Below, in pieces: positions 12,672 through 24,455 of a DNA stretch of 37,771 bases. The translations under genes and the position numbers were made by a program. This DNA comes from Takakia lepidozioides (taxonomy: Eukaryota > Plantae > Bryophyta): the NCBI GenBank assembly GCA_030704615.1, contig JAKLZA010000354.1, positions 1 through 37,771 of the forward strand, written 5' to 3'. Each line of letters begins with the position of its first letter. Position 1 is the first letter of the stretch. The notes under the pieces were generated by a model, which saw nothing but the letters and a program-made list of their open reading frames with translations, was not told the origin of the DNA and made no database searches.

Positions 12672-13340
12672 CATTCCACATTCGGGAAGGAGAAAGTGGC
12701 AATTATATTACATTCATCTTCTTGCACCCTATTTTTTTGTGAGGAATTATACACTTGGTGGTGCCGCATCGCCATGGCTACAGGTGAATTTCGGTGCCGC
12801 AATACATGAGAATGTGGTTTTTGGCCATGAATGGCATGCGCATGCTTTTTTTATTTTGGTTGTCTACAAATGGATCCGAGTAAAGCATACATTGTGTGGA
12901 GATTAACGGGCATTGAGGCCTATTTCAGCGCCATTTATGGTCTGTGTACTGCATAGTGCTTCCTTGTTACTGCTCTTCATTCAATTTGTAGTGATTTCGC
13001 AGCCCATCCTGGCGTTTTCGTCCACCTTTATGAGAAGACTCCAATTTGCTACAAATACATTGTTATTGTTCTGCAAATGTGATGCCTTTACAAGATTGCT
13101 AGTTCTGTGTCCCAGTGGGAAGGGTCCTACTGCACATTCCAGCATTTGCATACTGCACCTTGTGCAAACAGCAATCCATACGACAAAGGACACGTCCCAG
13201 CATACTGGCAGTGAATTGCAAAAAACCTTAACAGAAGATTATCCAAGCATGTATATTCCCCATATGGCACAGGGAAGCTGCTTGATTTCTGAATGAAAAT
13301 GTATGTGCCATGAGTGTCAGCGAGTTGAAACATGTCTACT

Positions 13341-13903
13341 CTAGCATGCAAGACCTATGGTCCCCTCGCCCAAGAAGAACTCTCGAACTGGCCTCTCAAG
13401 GACCTCCTGAGTGACCGGGTGCCTATATTTGAACAAAATGTCAGTGGTTTTTGTCGCCCGGTTGAAACTAACGAGGATGTCGTGTTTATCGATAGCGCCC
13501 CCTTGGTAGAAGGACATTTTCACAGTGGGCCCTGTGTTCCCCTCCTCCTCATCCTCATAACTGAAGAGAATGTCCCCACTTTCCGAGCCAGTCCGTCCAC
13601 GCGTAAAGTTTTCACCTATGCACTCATCATACGTCCACTCGCAACAATTCCAGCGATACAGCAACGCTGTGCGTGATCTGTTCGGCTCCCACACATGCGG
13701 AAAGTCCAGGTCCATGATGCGTAGGAACCACTGCTCCCCAGCCGGGGTCCAGGAGAATCGTGCAATCCTGGAAGAAACTCCATTGCTCTCAGCTGGACAA
13801 GTCGAGGATCGTCCCTGTAAACATCCAGGAAGACAATGATGTCGTCTGCTTTCGGGAAAATGACTCCCGTCTGGCGTCGATAGATGTGATTCGGGCACGA
13901 CAT
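13341..13903 (-). CDS. Putative third small gene of element A (~185 aa, unknown function, one apparent frameshift near 13745)
   Basis: Two overlapping minus-strand frames (MSCPNHIYRRQTGVIFPKADDIIVFLDVY... and ...GEQWFLRIMDLDFPHVW...) join into a globular-looking protein. No family recognised. Confidence 0.4.
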
Positions 13904-14025
13904 GGCCTCACGACACAGCACGAACTCAAAGCAGGGAGGAGATGGGCACAACAGAGAAGAGTGAAGAGCAAAATGAGAGCAAGGCCTCCCTCACCGTAAG
14001 GCGGGTATTTGCTCTCCGAAGCCCA

Positions 14026-14491
14026 ATTTCGGCGCCATTATTAGATGGAGTGCGGAAGCTTCAGCCGAGAATTTTGTTTCCGCAGGTCAATTTCGGCGCC
14101 GTTATTGGTTGCAATCCCCAGCCTTCAGCCGGGTATTTGGTTTCCGGACCCAATTTTGGCGCCGTTATCGGCTGCACTCCGGTGGCTTGAGCCGAGTATT
14201 TGGTTTCCGGGGCCCATTTCGGCGTCGTTATCGCCTGCACTCCGGAGGATGCAGCCGGGTATTTGGTTGGCGGAGCCCAATTACTTTCACCGTTGTTGGC
14301 TTCACTCCCGAGCCTTCAGCCGACTATTTCTTTTCCTGTGCCCAATTACGGCGTCGTTATACCCAACCATCCTGCACTTCTGCAATAGTACTATCCACGG
14401 TTATAGGTTGCCATTGCGTTTTCGGAGTCTGCAAACCTGGATCCTAATTCCGATTGCGTCTCTGCCTCTGGGATAATTTCGGTGCCGTTAT
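14026..14491. repeat. Right subterminal spaced palindromes of element A (variant ATTTCGGCGCCGTTAT)
   Basis: Copies at 14026, 14090, 14153, 14216, 14345 and 14476, within a degenerate ~63 bp tandem repeat. Confidence 0.8.
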
Positions 14492-14694
14492 TGCCCAGAA
14501 TTCAGTTTTTCTATGACCTGGCCTGGCGGTCCATGAGCCTGGGCTCCAAGTCATGAGCGTACACTGGTACTCATGAGCGGAGTGCTTCCAGCATGAGCGC
14601 GGAAATCTTCGATTTTTGATTATTTTATAGTTTTTGGCCTGAAAAAAATCTGCCGAAATTCGAAGTGTGTTACTTTGCAGCTCATGGGTGAGCC

Positions 14695-14751
14695 ATGCCC
14701 GCTCATGAGCTCATGAGCTCACCGCTCATGAGCTCATGGAATAGCAACCCC
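14695..14751 (-). repeat. Right TIR of element A
   Basis: The reverse complement reads GGGGTTGCTATTCCATGAGCTCATGAGC...ATGAGCTCATGAGCGGGCAT, matching the left TIR. Confidence 0.85.
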
Positions 14752-14967
14752 CATTTTTCCAGACATGGTTCCCGTGCATGTTGGGACTTTGCCAATTTTT
14801 GGCCATTTTTCCAGAAATGGCCCTACAACTGCTACTGTTGGAACTCAGTTTTTTGGAATATTGCCTCTCATTCCAGGAGTGGTGGGGTGCATTTCATTAC
14901 ACTGCAAAACAAAGTCATGCATCAAAATGCAATTGAAATATCCATATGGTGGATTCCCTTTGCCCCA

Positions 14968-16020
14968 TCAATGATTTCTGGAATCCCTAAGGAGGAGTTT
15001 GTGCAGCTCGTTCACGCTCAACGCTGGTGCATGAATAAAGTCATGAATAGTCAAGTTCATCCTCAACCTCTTCAGGTAAATGTAATACATATGCTTGCAC
15101 GGATAATACTTTGAACCCTTCTTGGCTTCCATCAACGAGAAGTCCGTACAATTGCAAGTCGGCTCCACTCTAATCGTAATTGTGTATACGTCGTCGCGTA
15201 CAGTTGAGCCGGCCGTTGCCATCCGATAAACACGCCCAAGGCCAGGTGGGGGTACGTCCACGGAGCTCTGAATAGTGCAAGTCATCCCAAGAGCATTGGC
15301 AATCCGAGTCTCATTCAACTTGTTGGGAGGGTGTCGTCTCTTCACTCTTCCGAATCACATTGTGGGATGTGCAGAATTGTCCAATCCATCTCTACTTGAC
15401 CGAACAGTCTGCAGTGGCTGGGTCTGAGGAATTGGAAATGCGTTGGCCGGGACGTCTGTCCGTTGCACCATTCAAAATCCTGCTGCAGAAAGATGTCGAT
15501 GTCGGTGTCGGAGTCGAGAAACATTTCCTGCACATGCACATGTTGAGGTTACAAGCAAGTTATCAATAATGCCAAGCATAATATTCAACGGGACGCGAAT
15601 TTGTCCAACTCACCTCCCGCATATAGTCGCCGAACTGGAGGAAACGATAATGCCACCATGCTAGCCAACTGACCATTGCTCCCTCGTCTGATTTCTTTAT
15701 AGCACCTGACGATGTCCACCAAGCCCGTATACATACAAACTGTGTCTCTGCATCATCCAAGGTGGGAGCGTGCTTCCACGCAAGACACATGGAATGGTGC
15801 TCCTCTCTAAAATCTGGCGCCACGAGCCTGGTTGTGTACTGTGACAAGCTCTGCAGAAAATGGAACCCACAAGATCTATCCTTGCCTTCCATCGAAACAT
15901 TGGGGTCTTGTCCGTACACCCTTCGGATGGCAGCCCAATTTGCTTGTGCGTTGTCCACCATGAAACCACGGAAATTGGGAGGGGGCAATCCTGCCCTGGC
16001 CATCTGTTTGTTTATTCCCT
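14968..16020 (-). pseudogene. Relic 3' part of a related MULE transposase, internally deleted
   Basis: GINKQMARAGLPPPNFRGFMVDNAQANW...CGFH...FGDYMRE, then the same intron, then a jump from DSDTD to the pre-SWIM region. SWIM motif CNCTDF...PCKH. The exon part carrying the catalytic E is missing. Confidence 0.85.
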
Positions 16021-16021
16021 G

Positions 16022-16346
16022 TGTCAAGTTAAATAAGCACAGTGTGAAAACAACTAGAATAAAGCTAGTTATTTGTATTTAACACTTGGATTTAGGTCAA
16101 GTGTTAAGTCAGGTGTCAAGTTTAGTTTGATACCTGAACCACCTTATCTTCACGAGAGCGGCAGTCGCGCAGCTCATCTCTCTCGAGTTGAGCCTGCGCG
16201 ACCGAGCTCCTTCACGCTTTAGAATCTGTGTGTGTGTATGTAGGGGTATAGGTTGATGTGGGGTGGAGTCCCCATAGCTTGGGGTGCCCCTGGCTCGACT
16301 ATTATCTTAAAGAGTGATAGCGATGGATTTCATGTTTCTTGTGTCA
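16022..16346. mobile_element. Possible solo-LTR or unrelated insert fragment
   Basis: About 325 bp, TG...CA bounded, unrelated to the MULEs and abruptly truncating the relic transposase. No TSD seen. Confidence 0.25.
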
Positions 16347-17039
16347 AGAGGTTTACTATTTCATGAGCGCATGAGCCCATGAGCCCATGAGCCTATGAGC
16401 TCATGAGCGGACATCCGCGGAATTGGAATTTTCCTGCCTTTATTGACGGTGTTATGTCCTCTTACCTCGGTAATAGGGTCTGTTTCTCCTGGTCCAGGAT
16501 GCGGAATGAGGTATTTCGGCGCCATTATTCCCAAGAGCAGTGTGCTAAAATGGTGTTTAGAAGACATCCACCGGGGTATTTCGGCACCGAAATTACCTCT
16601 TAAAATGTGATATAGTGCGGTATTTAATGGCGCAGAACGGGCTATTTGGGCGCCAAAATACCCAAGTGGAATGTGCTGAAGTGCCTTGTGCTGAAGGCTT
16701 CCATCACGATATTTTGGTACAATAATTCATCCGTGGAATTTTTGAGGCCCATATAGCGAAGGCGCGCATTGGGCTATTTCGGCGTCAAATTTCCCAATAG
16801 GAATGTTAGAAATGGCAGGGTTTTCATGGCTTCAAGTTCTCGGCTCGATGGTGTGCATAAATTACTTGTAGGGTTCTTCACTGAAGTTTGCGTCTCTTCT
16901 GCTTTTATTATACATTTTGGTTGGCGGAAGAAATGTAGGGAATCGGACAAGCAGTCTGAACACAATGATTTTTCAAATCGTCAATATTTTCATTAAGTGT
17001 TTCAGAACTGTACAACAAAAGGATCCAAATGAGACTTTG

Positions 17040-18957
17040 CTATGGTGAGGATCCGCTATCACTGTCCGATGCATCCCCGGCCTCATGCAAGGATGGCTAC
17101 CTTCCACCTGCCTCCGAACCTGCACTGCCGCTACCGCTGTTACTCTTAGAAGCCCTCCCCTCAAAAATACCATCCTCACCAGCCGGAACTGTCCACCTGG
17201 GTGCGGAAGTGTCCTCAACATTCCCCTCGCTCTCAAACGCGGATTCTATTACGAACTTCCCTACTCTGCCTTTCACAATTCTATGTTTGGCCTCACGCCT
17301 CATTATAATTCTCTGCTCATTCCCGTATGTCAATTGCTCTAACCGAGTAGGCCTATCCTCCCTCCTGATGGCTTCTCTGGCAGCCGTGTCTGCATAGGCT
17401 GGTAGAAAAAAAGGCTTCTGGGGACTCGCGAGAAACGATTTTCTGGCAAAGAATGGCCGATGCGATTCTGTCTCCTCCTTTGCAACAGGGTCCGATTCGG
17501 GCAAGTCTCCCAGCTTCTCCTCGTCGGACGACTCTGCAAGGCTGAGTGTACGCACAAACATAGAATGAAGTACATTAGAGAATTCAAACAGGGAATCATC
17601 GGCAGGTTGCATGGTCCCTACAACCGAAACCAATACACTTACTATGGTGCAACTCACTCGAAGACAGGCATTGGGGGAAGCGGCTTCGGGCGCCCCTGCA
17701 TCGAACGAATTTCCTGGACTTCCTCCTCTTCATCTTCCTCCTCCCCTTCCACGTCATCTTCTGCGTTTTTGGGATCCTCAGTCGGAGGCAAACGCTGAAG
17801 GCCCGCCAAATTGTAATCGTACAAGGCCGTATCCCCCTCAAATGAGAACACAAATCGGTTCGACATCCTTCCCGCCCACATACAGGCACCTGCAAATTCA
17901 TACGACACAACCACAACCAAACTCAAGAATGAGTCGTTTCCTCGCACAAGCAAACATACACAAACGGAAATGGTGTCAATTTTGGTGCCGCATTCAATTA
18001 ACGTTCTCACCTGTATTTGCAGTGATGTCAAGGACCCTGCCTTCAACATCCGTACATGTTTCCATGAGCGTCTGGGATGAATGCAGGACTCCTGGTCCTG
18101 CCATACCTCCATGGCTTGCCCGACAAATCACAAAGAATGTCCTTCTCTCCCACATGGTTGAACAGGACGTTATACTCCAGTGGATCAACTGTGGAATCAA
18201 CAAGTCTTCCTGTTTCACGTAATTTGAATTTCTAATGTTTCTTCACGAAGCAAAATGCCTGAAAGATAAGAGTCTGCAGAGAAGGAAATGTCCTGGAGGT
18301 TTTGCTCCTCCGCAAGCTCTAGCAGGTTCTGATCGTCGCCAAGTCGTACCACGTTGTCGTCATCTCCTTCTGTCAGCTCAATGGGCCGCCCTTCTGCAGA
18401 TCCAACTCCCACATCTCCAGCGGCCTCCACCGCATCCGTGTTTTTTGAAATTGACTGCAAACCCAATATCTCCGCTTCCAGTCTCCCTAGGGGTTTTACT
18501 GGCGGAGCCATGGGCTCCTTCTGCTTCCTCGACTTCCGAACTCTAGGTGGGCTTTTCTGAGGCGATATCTGAGGTGTTGAATGAGGACTCGCCTGCCTCG
18601 ATGCACTTCCACCTTGCGAGCGCAGCACCCGGGCAGGAGTATCCAAAGTTGACTGTGTTGCTTCGCCCCCCTCCGATCCCTCCCCAGCTCCCATGTCAAA
18701 CAAACAGGAAAACATGAGACACTGCACGCAAAAAAAAAGGTGTAAAAGGAATATTGCGTATGGAGTGCTTCACATCCGCCAAAGCACGAATCTCTCACTG
18801 GTGGGCGATCCGAGTCTCCGGATAACGAGGTCTGCATTTCATGCATGAGACGGAGCTTAAGTCGTGTCGTCGGCAGCTTCCCAAAATCCCGCGTCCTCCT
18901 TCTCTTTGCCGGAGTCGCCTGACCTTCCACAAACTCTATGCTACCACTATGCCGCAT
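17040..18957 (-). pseudogene. Deleted remnant of the ParB-MTase gene in A'
   Basis: Keeps only the 5' low-complexity part and the last three exons. The ParB domain and the DIPD exon are deleted, and extra indels and a stop are present. Confidence 0.8.
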
Positions 18958-19199
18958 AAGGAGAGAAAACGCAGGAGAATGTCACTGCAGAAGGGCAAGG
19001 AGCGAGAGAGCGAAGCGGTGGAACATGCAACCACTATGCACGAGCAGATGTGTAAGCAGCCACGTCTCCCGAAGCGTTGCCACCGTCCACCACTTTCTGC
19101 CGTATGGGTGATGAAGAGATTGTGACCCCTGACACGTTCGCACGGATGAAGTCGATTGGAACATGACGCGTGCCAGTTCCAGCCACCAGTACAAGACGG

Positions 19200-20900
19200 T
19201 TTATCCGAATTGCGGCACCGAAATACCTTCCGTTCACCGGATGCTGTTCCCGGAGCAACCGACATTGAATGAAATATCCGCACATCATGAAACCCAACCG
19301 CCATGAAAATCCCCTGCCTATGACATTCAATAGTCAGGTCGGTACGTTTCATCAGCGGACGGATGAATCTCGGCGCCGAAATTCATCATATTCAAGTGCT
19401 TTCGTACACAAACTTACAAATTTCGGCGCCGCAATTCATCGCTTCCCAAGTCCTCATTCGTCATGAGCAAACCTGTCAGTGGGATATCGGAGCCGGAATT
19501 AATTCCGGGACAGTGGAAACGGCTGCACTTGGGCACATTTCATCCATATTTCGGCGCCGAAATTCATCCAGAGCGAAGACTAAATCGGCACCATGCTATG
19601 CTTTGCCGCCATCATTGCCCCTGACGGATGCTGTCCATGCCTGTTGGACTTGCCATTTCTGGACATTTAACTATAATTTCGGCGCCGAAATTATACTTTA
19701 TGTACGGCAACGTCCCGTGCGAAAAAGACCACTTAATGGATACTGTCGGTTTCAAATGAAAAAAACGGCTAAAATGCAATTAATTTTGACGGAAGGGGTT
19801 CAATATGCGGATTTCTCCATTAAATGCAGAATATTCCTGTTATCTTCGTCAGAACGGGGTATTTCCAACGATTTACGGAAAATTATATCATCCAGAAGCA
19901 AATAGTAAGTGTCGAGTTTGGACGAATTTCGGCGCCGAAATTCATCCGTCGCATAGAAAATGTAATATTAGAGTTACTCATTGCGGACAGTAAGGATGAA
20001 TTTCGGCGCCGAAATCCGGCGCTCAAACCTTGAAAAGAATTTGGAGGGATGGAGTCGGTTGAATTTCGGCGCCGAAATTCATTGCTCGCGAAGAAATTTT
20101 TTTTTTTTCGGGAGGACTTCGGATGAATTTCGGCGCCGAAATTCATTGCTCCCGAAGAAAAAAATAAAAATCGAGAGGACTTCCGATGAATTTCGGCGCC
20201 GAAATTCATTGCTCGCGAAGAAAAAAAAAAATTTCGGGAGGACTTCGGATGAATTTCGGCGCCGAAATTCATTGCTCGCGGAGAAAAAATAATTTCGGGA
20301 TGACTTCGGATGAATTTCGGCTCTGAAATTCATTGCTCGCGAAGAAAAAGAAAAATTAGAAGGGAGTGCTTGGATGAGATTCGGCGCCGAAGTTCATCTG
20401 TCGCAAAGAAAAAAAAAAAAAAAAAAAAAAAGACTTCAGATGAATTTCGGCACCGAAATCCATCCGCAGGGCAGCAGAATTAGGGTCGGAAAAGGAGATG
20501 AAGAATGAATTTCGGCGCCGAAATACATCCATTCTGCCGATTCAGGATTACTGTCATTCGGATGTCGGCACCGATATCCGGACACGTGGTGAATCACGAC
20601 TGTAATCAGGAACACATTCATCCGTATTTTGGCATCCAAATTCAACCCTCATGTGCAGAAACAATTTGATGAAGAAGATGTTCATCCGAATTTCGGCACC
20701 GAAATCCATCCGTTGGGTGCTTGGTCAGTTTCATGAGGTGAACAAATTACTATTTCTGTCGTCGGAATTCATCCCCTGGCTTCCAAAGTTGTTATATGAC
20801 AGAGATGTTCATCCAGATTTCGGTGCCGAAATTCATGGGAAGGCCTGATTTATTGTAGCCCAAGTGGTTGTACATTACAATTCAGGCACCAAATATCCGA
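19200..20900. repeat. Palindrome lattice of A'
   Basis: Same palindrome as A; tandem units start at 20063, 20127, 20190, 20253, 20314 and 20378. Confidence 0.9.
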
Positions 20901-22208
20901 TGTGAACTTGCTGTTGTCGTCCGTTTTTGTAACGTACGTTACATACCTTCATCTTTACGTGCACTGATCACCCATCATGTTGGATACGGAATCCTCCAGA
21001 AAATCATTTGTGTTATTAGGTAGGACACACTCTTCTCACTGTAGGACTTCGCTGCGGAGCGTACCGAGAGGTCCCGTCTTCAACATGGACTCCCGTGTTT
21101 GGGTAAACGTGTACTTCCATCCTGATTCTCTGAAAGCTAAAATACGTTCCACGAAATCCAATTCCCAGTCGTCATCCTCCTCCCACGAAAAGCTCTTCGC
21201 CCCGCATACCGGTGGGTGACCCCGCAGCTTGGCCCACCCATCGGTGGGGGAAACTGAAAAGACAGCGGCCACCAACAAAGGCGAACGACACCAGGATGGC
21301 CAACGCTCTTGCAATGCCCTGCATAGTGCAAGGTTGCAGGGATGTTCCTTACCCCGGGGAGGTTTACTATTTCATGAGCAGAAACCATGAGCCATGAGCC
21401 ATGAGCCGCATGAGCCGCATGAGCGGTGAGCCGAAGTCTAAGATACGCGGATTTCATGAGCGGACTCCTCCAAATTTGGAAATGCGGCAGATTAAACAAG
21501 TATTAAAATAATAGTTTTTTATTTGACCTTGCCGTTTTTGGACGTTCCAGATCATGTAATGCGGCGAAGATATGTCGTCAGTAACAAGTCCGCTCATGGT
21601 TTTTTAGATCCGCTCATGGAAATAAGTGACCGTGCAACGGGAAATCCAGTATACCACTGCAAAAGGACGTCGCATACTGGCTTGTATAGAGTATTCCGCG
21701 GTTTTACATGCCTTAACATTGGAATGAAGCTGACCCTTTTGCCGCGATTGAACCAATGGAGTCTGCACCAATACAGTCTGCAGTACTTCACAATTCTGTC
21801 TTCTTCGGGTATTCGGCGGGAAAGGTTTGCAACTGAACTGGGAATAGGGTGCCGCATTAGGGTTCGCACGTGCGAAATTTCGGAGCGGTTTGGTGTTGGC
21901 GAAGGCCGCCTCTGGGGGTACCTACGACGATACTTGGAAATGCGGCGCTGCATTTCCTTGTCGGAGGTCGAATGAGGAAAGCAAGTTTTCGGAAAGCAGA
22001 AAAACATGAACCCTCCAACATACAAAAATACATGCACGTGGAAACAAGTGAACGATATAGTAATATCTTAGTTCGAGCAAAACAGGTTACTGGTAGGCAA
22101 GACATATGTCGGACCTTTGTGTGGCCAGAGTCTGAGGTACTGGCAGCAGTACAGTTCTACTATCCGAAAAGGATGGGCGTACCATTGTATGTTGACCGCA
22201 AGCCAAGC

Positions 22209-23921
22209 TCACTGGTCCCCTGGATCCATATTCAGAAGAGTGTCAACCTCCTGGGGGCTCAACCCTGGTGCATGTATGAAGTGATGAGTTGTGGAATTAC
22301 AACGGAGTCTCTTTAGGTACACGTAGTACAAATGCTTGCAAGGGTAGTATGATGCCCCCTTGTTCGCCATGATCTGGAAGTCGGTGCAATTGCAGGTGGG
22401 TAATTCTGAAATGGTGATGGTGTACACCTCATTGCGAACAGCTGAGCCCGCCGTGGCCATTTGATACACACGCCCGAATCCTGGTGGGGGCACTTCTGTC
22501 GAGCTCTGGATTGTACAGTTCATCCGAAGTGCATTCCCCATCCTTGTCTCGTTCACTTTTGAGGGAGGTCGCCGCCTCTTCGGTTTCCCCCAACGGTGTG
22601 TAGGATGCTTAGAGCTGTCGTGTCCCATTGTTCTTGCTCTCACAGGGGTCGGTGGTGGAGGCTGTGGAAGCGGAAATGGTTCTCTGGGGACGTCAGTGCG
22701 CTGCACCATCCGAAATCCTGCGACGGTAAGGGCGTCGGCCTCAACCTGACTCAGATCGCAGCCTGGTTCCACCGGCCACACCGGGGGAGCCTCTGGCATT
22801 GTTTGTATGCCGTACTTGGGCTTTCCATACACGCAAGTCATAATGTCATGCCTGCAGAACCAGAACTGGGTGGTTGTCGCCTCCGCAAACTTTGCATGGA
22901 CAAATCTTCCTGTAAAAGTAGGAGCAGGGACAGCCCCATCTGGATTCCTCCTTATCATCTCTAAACAACGTTGCCGTGTATCCACACGAATTGCGGAACA
23001 CCTTCCTCGAAACGACGGCTTTGTGCGAGCAATTCTCCACTGTGATGCAGACACAGTCGTCTCCACAATGGCTTGGCCATACTGCATAACAGCGGGCGGA
23101 ATGTGGGGCAAGGGAGTGGTGGGAATTTGTTGCACGAAATCCCCGGTTGAAGGCGACGGCGATCTGGAATTTCTTGGGCTTCCACTGCTGGAAGACACAT
23201 TGTGCGGCAACATGACGGGACCTCGAGGTGCTGTCCAAATGTTCCTGTCGGATCTCCAGGAATCCTCTTCGCACCCGGGTTCCTCTTCTATCCTCCGCCT
23301 GACAGGGCGAGTTCGGACGTCCCCCTCTAGGTGTTCACCTCTGCGGTGCAGAGGCGTCCCTTTGATCTTCTCTCGCAATGTTGTCGCCCATTTCACTGGA
23401 TTCTTGGACCTCGAAGCTGTTCGTACCAACAATTCCTCCCTGTCCGGCCCAAAGCCCCATTGTTTGCCGCTCAGGAACTTGTAGTACGTGGCTTGCTGCA
23501 TGATTGCTCTGTCGATGTCCTCCGTTGTGGCCGTCACTACGTCCACCAGATGTGCGGCAGAAGACGCTCGCCAGGAGGAGTGGACCGATTCTGCCATATT
23601 CGTGTTCGGCATGTCCGTGTCGGAATCCAAGCACCGCTCCTAGAAGGACACAAACAATGGTGAGGGACCAATCGAAATGTCCGTAACAGAAAGACAAATG
23701 AACGAAATTGACAGCAGCCTACCTCCCGCATGTACTGTCCGAACTGTCGATACCGAAAATGCCACCACCCCAACCAGCTGTGCAATGCTCCCAGATTGGT
23801 TGTCTCCACTGCACCTGACGTGTTCCACCAAGCCTCGATGATAGCAAACTTAACCTCCGCGTCATCAAATGTGGGTGCATCCTTCCACGCCGTACAAAGG
23901 ACACGGTGTTCAGCCTGGAAT
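22209..23921 (-). pseudogene. 3' part of element B transposase (end of exon 1, intron 23640-23722, exon 2 with catalytic E and SWIM)
   Basis: NTNMAESVHSSW and CNCTDF...PCKH motifs; colinear with exon 2 of the A transposase. Confidence 0.9.
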
Positions 23922-24019
23922 GGGGAATGCTTGCGCGTGAGCCTGGCCTGTGAGCCTGTGAGCCTGTGAGCCTGGCTAGGCTCACGCCACATCAGCAAGC
24001 ATCCACGTGTTCAGGCCCT

Positions 24020-24130
24020 AATTCCGTGCTCCCCCCCCCTATTACCGCGGTTCCGTGCTCTCACCCCTATTACCGTGCTCCCCCCCCCCCCTTTTACCTA
24101 TGTCCGTGCTTCCCCCCCCCCCTATGTCCT
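24020..24130. repeat. Subterminal CCGTGCT(C)n tandem repeat, 4 copies
   Basis: CCGTGCT followed by C-rich runs, repeated four times. Confidence 0.7.
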
Positions 24131-24455
24131 AATTTTCTATCCCTCTTTACTGCCCCCACATGAATATTCCTTGTGGCCGAGAACAATGGCAGGTTTGCGG
24201 TTGAATTTTGTGGGAGATCCTGACTTTGGAATGAGGAGATCGCCCACTACAGAACTGAATCTGAAAAGAAAAAATGTTTTTTTGGCAAAGCAGTACATTC
24301 ACTCCAACACACAAACATTTTTCAATTCCGCACTCCGAAGAAATACCGTAGGCAATCCCTAACTGTACTTACGGGAACGCGCAGAGAACTTGAAAAACAG
24401 TATGGGATGGAAGCAAAGCCAAAACACAATTTATTCAGCCTCAGTACTTGAACCG

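Larger units (their letters stand above)
1118..14751. mobile_element. Element A: ~13.6 kb Mutator-like DNA transposon with ParB-methyltransferase cargo gene
   Basis: Imperfect TIRs: GAGGTTTACTATTTCATGAGC at the left and reverse-complement GGGGTTGCTATTCCATGAGC at the right. The same left end recurs at 16348 with a different flank. Contains a MULE transposase, and one palindrome family runs throughout. No TSD found. Confidence 0.85.
16348..21358. mobile_element. Element A': non-autonomous deletion derivative of A, interrupted by element B
   Basis: Near-identical to A 1118-3057, then 6241-9134, then 12186-~12398. Junctions at ~18290 (TG microhomology) and ~21145 (AC microhomology). Confidence 0.92.

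Noticed and set aside
16348-21358. Assembly duplication of element A
   Set aside because: It has many substitutions, unit-level indels, two internal deletions and a different flank, so it is a separate copy.
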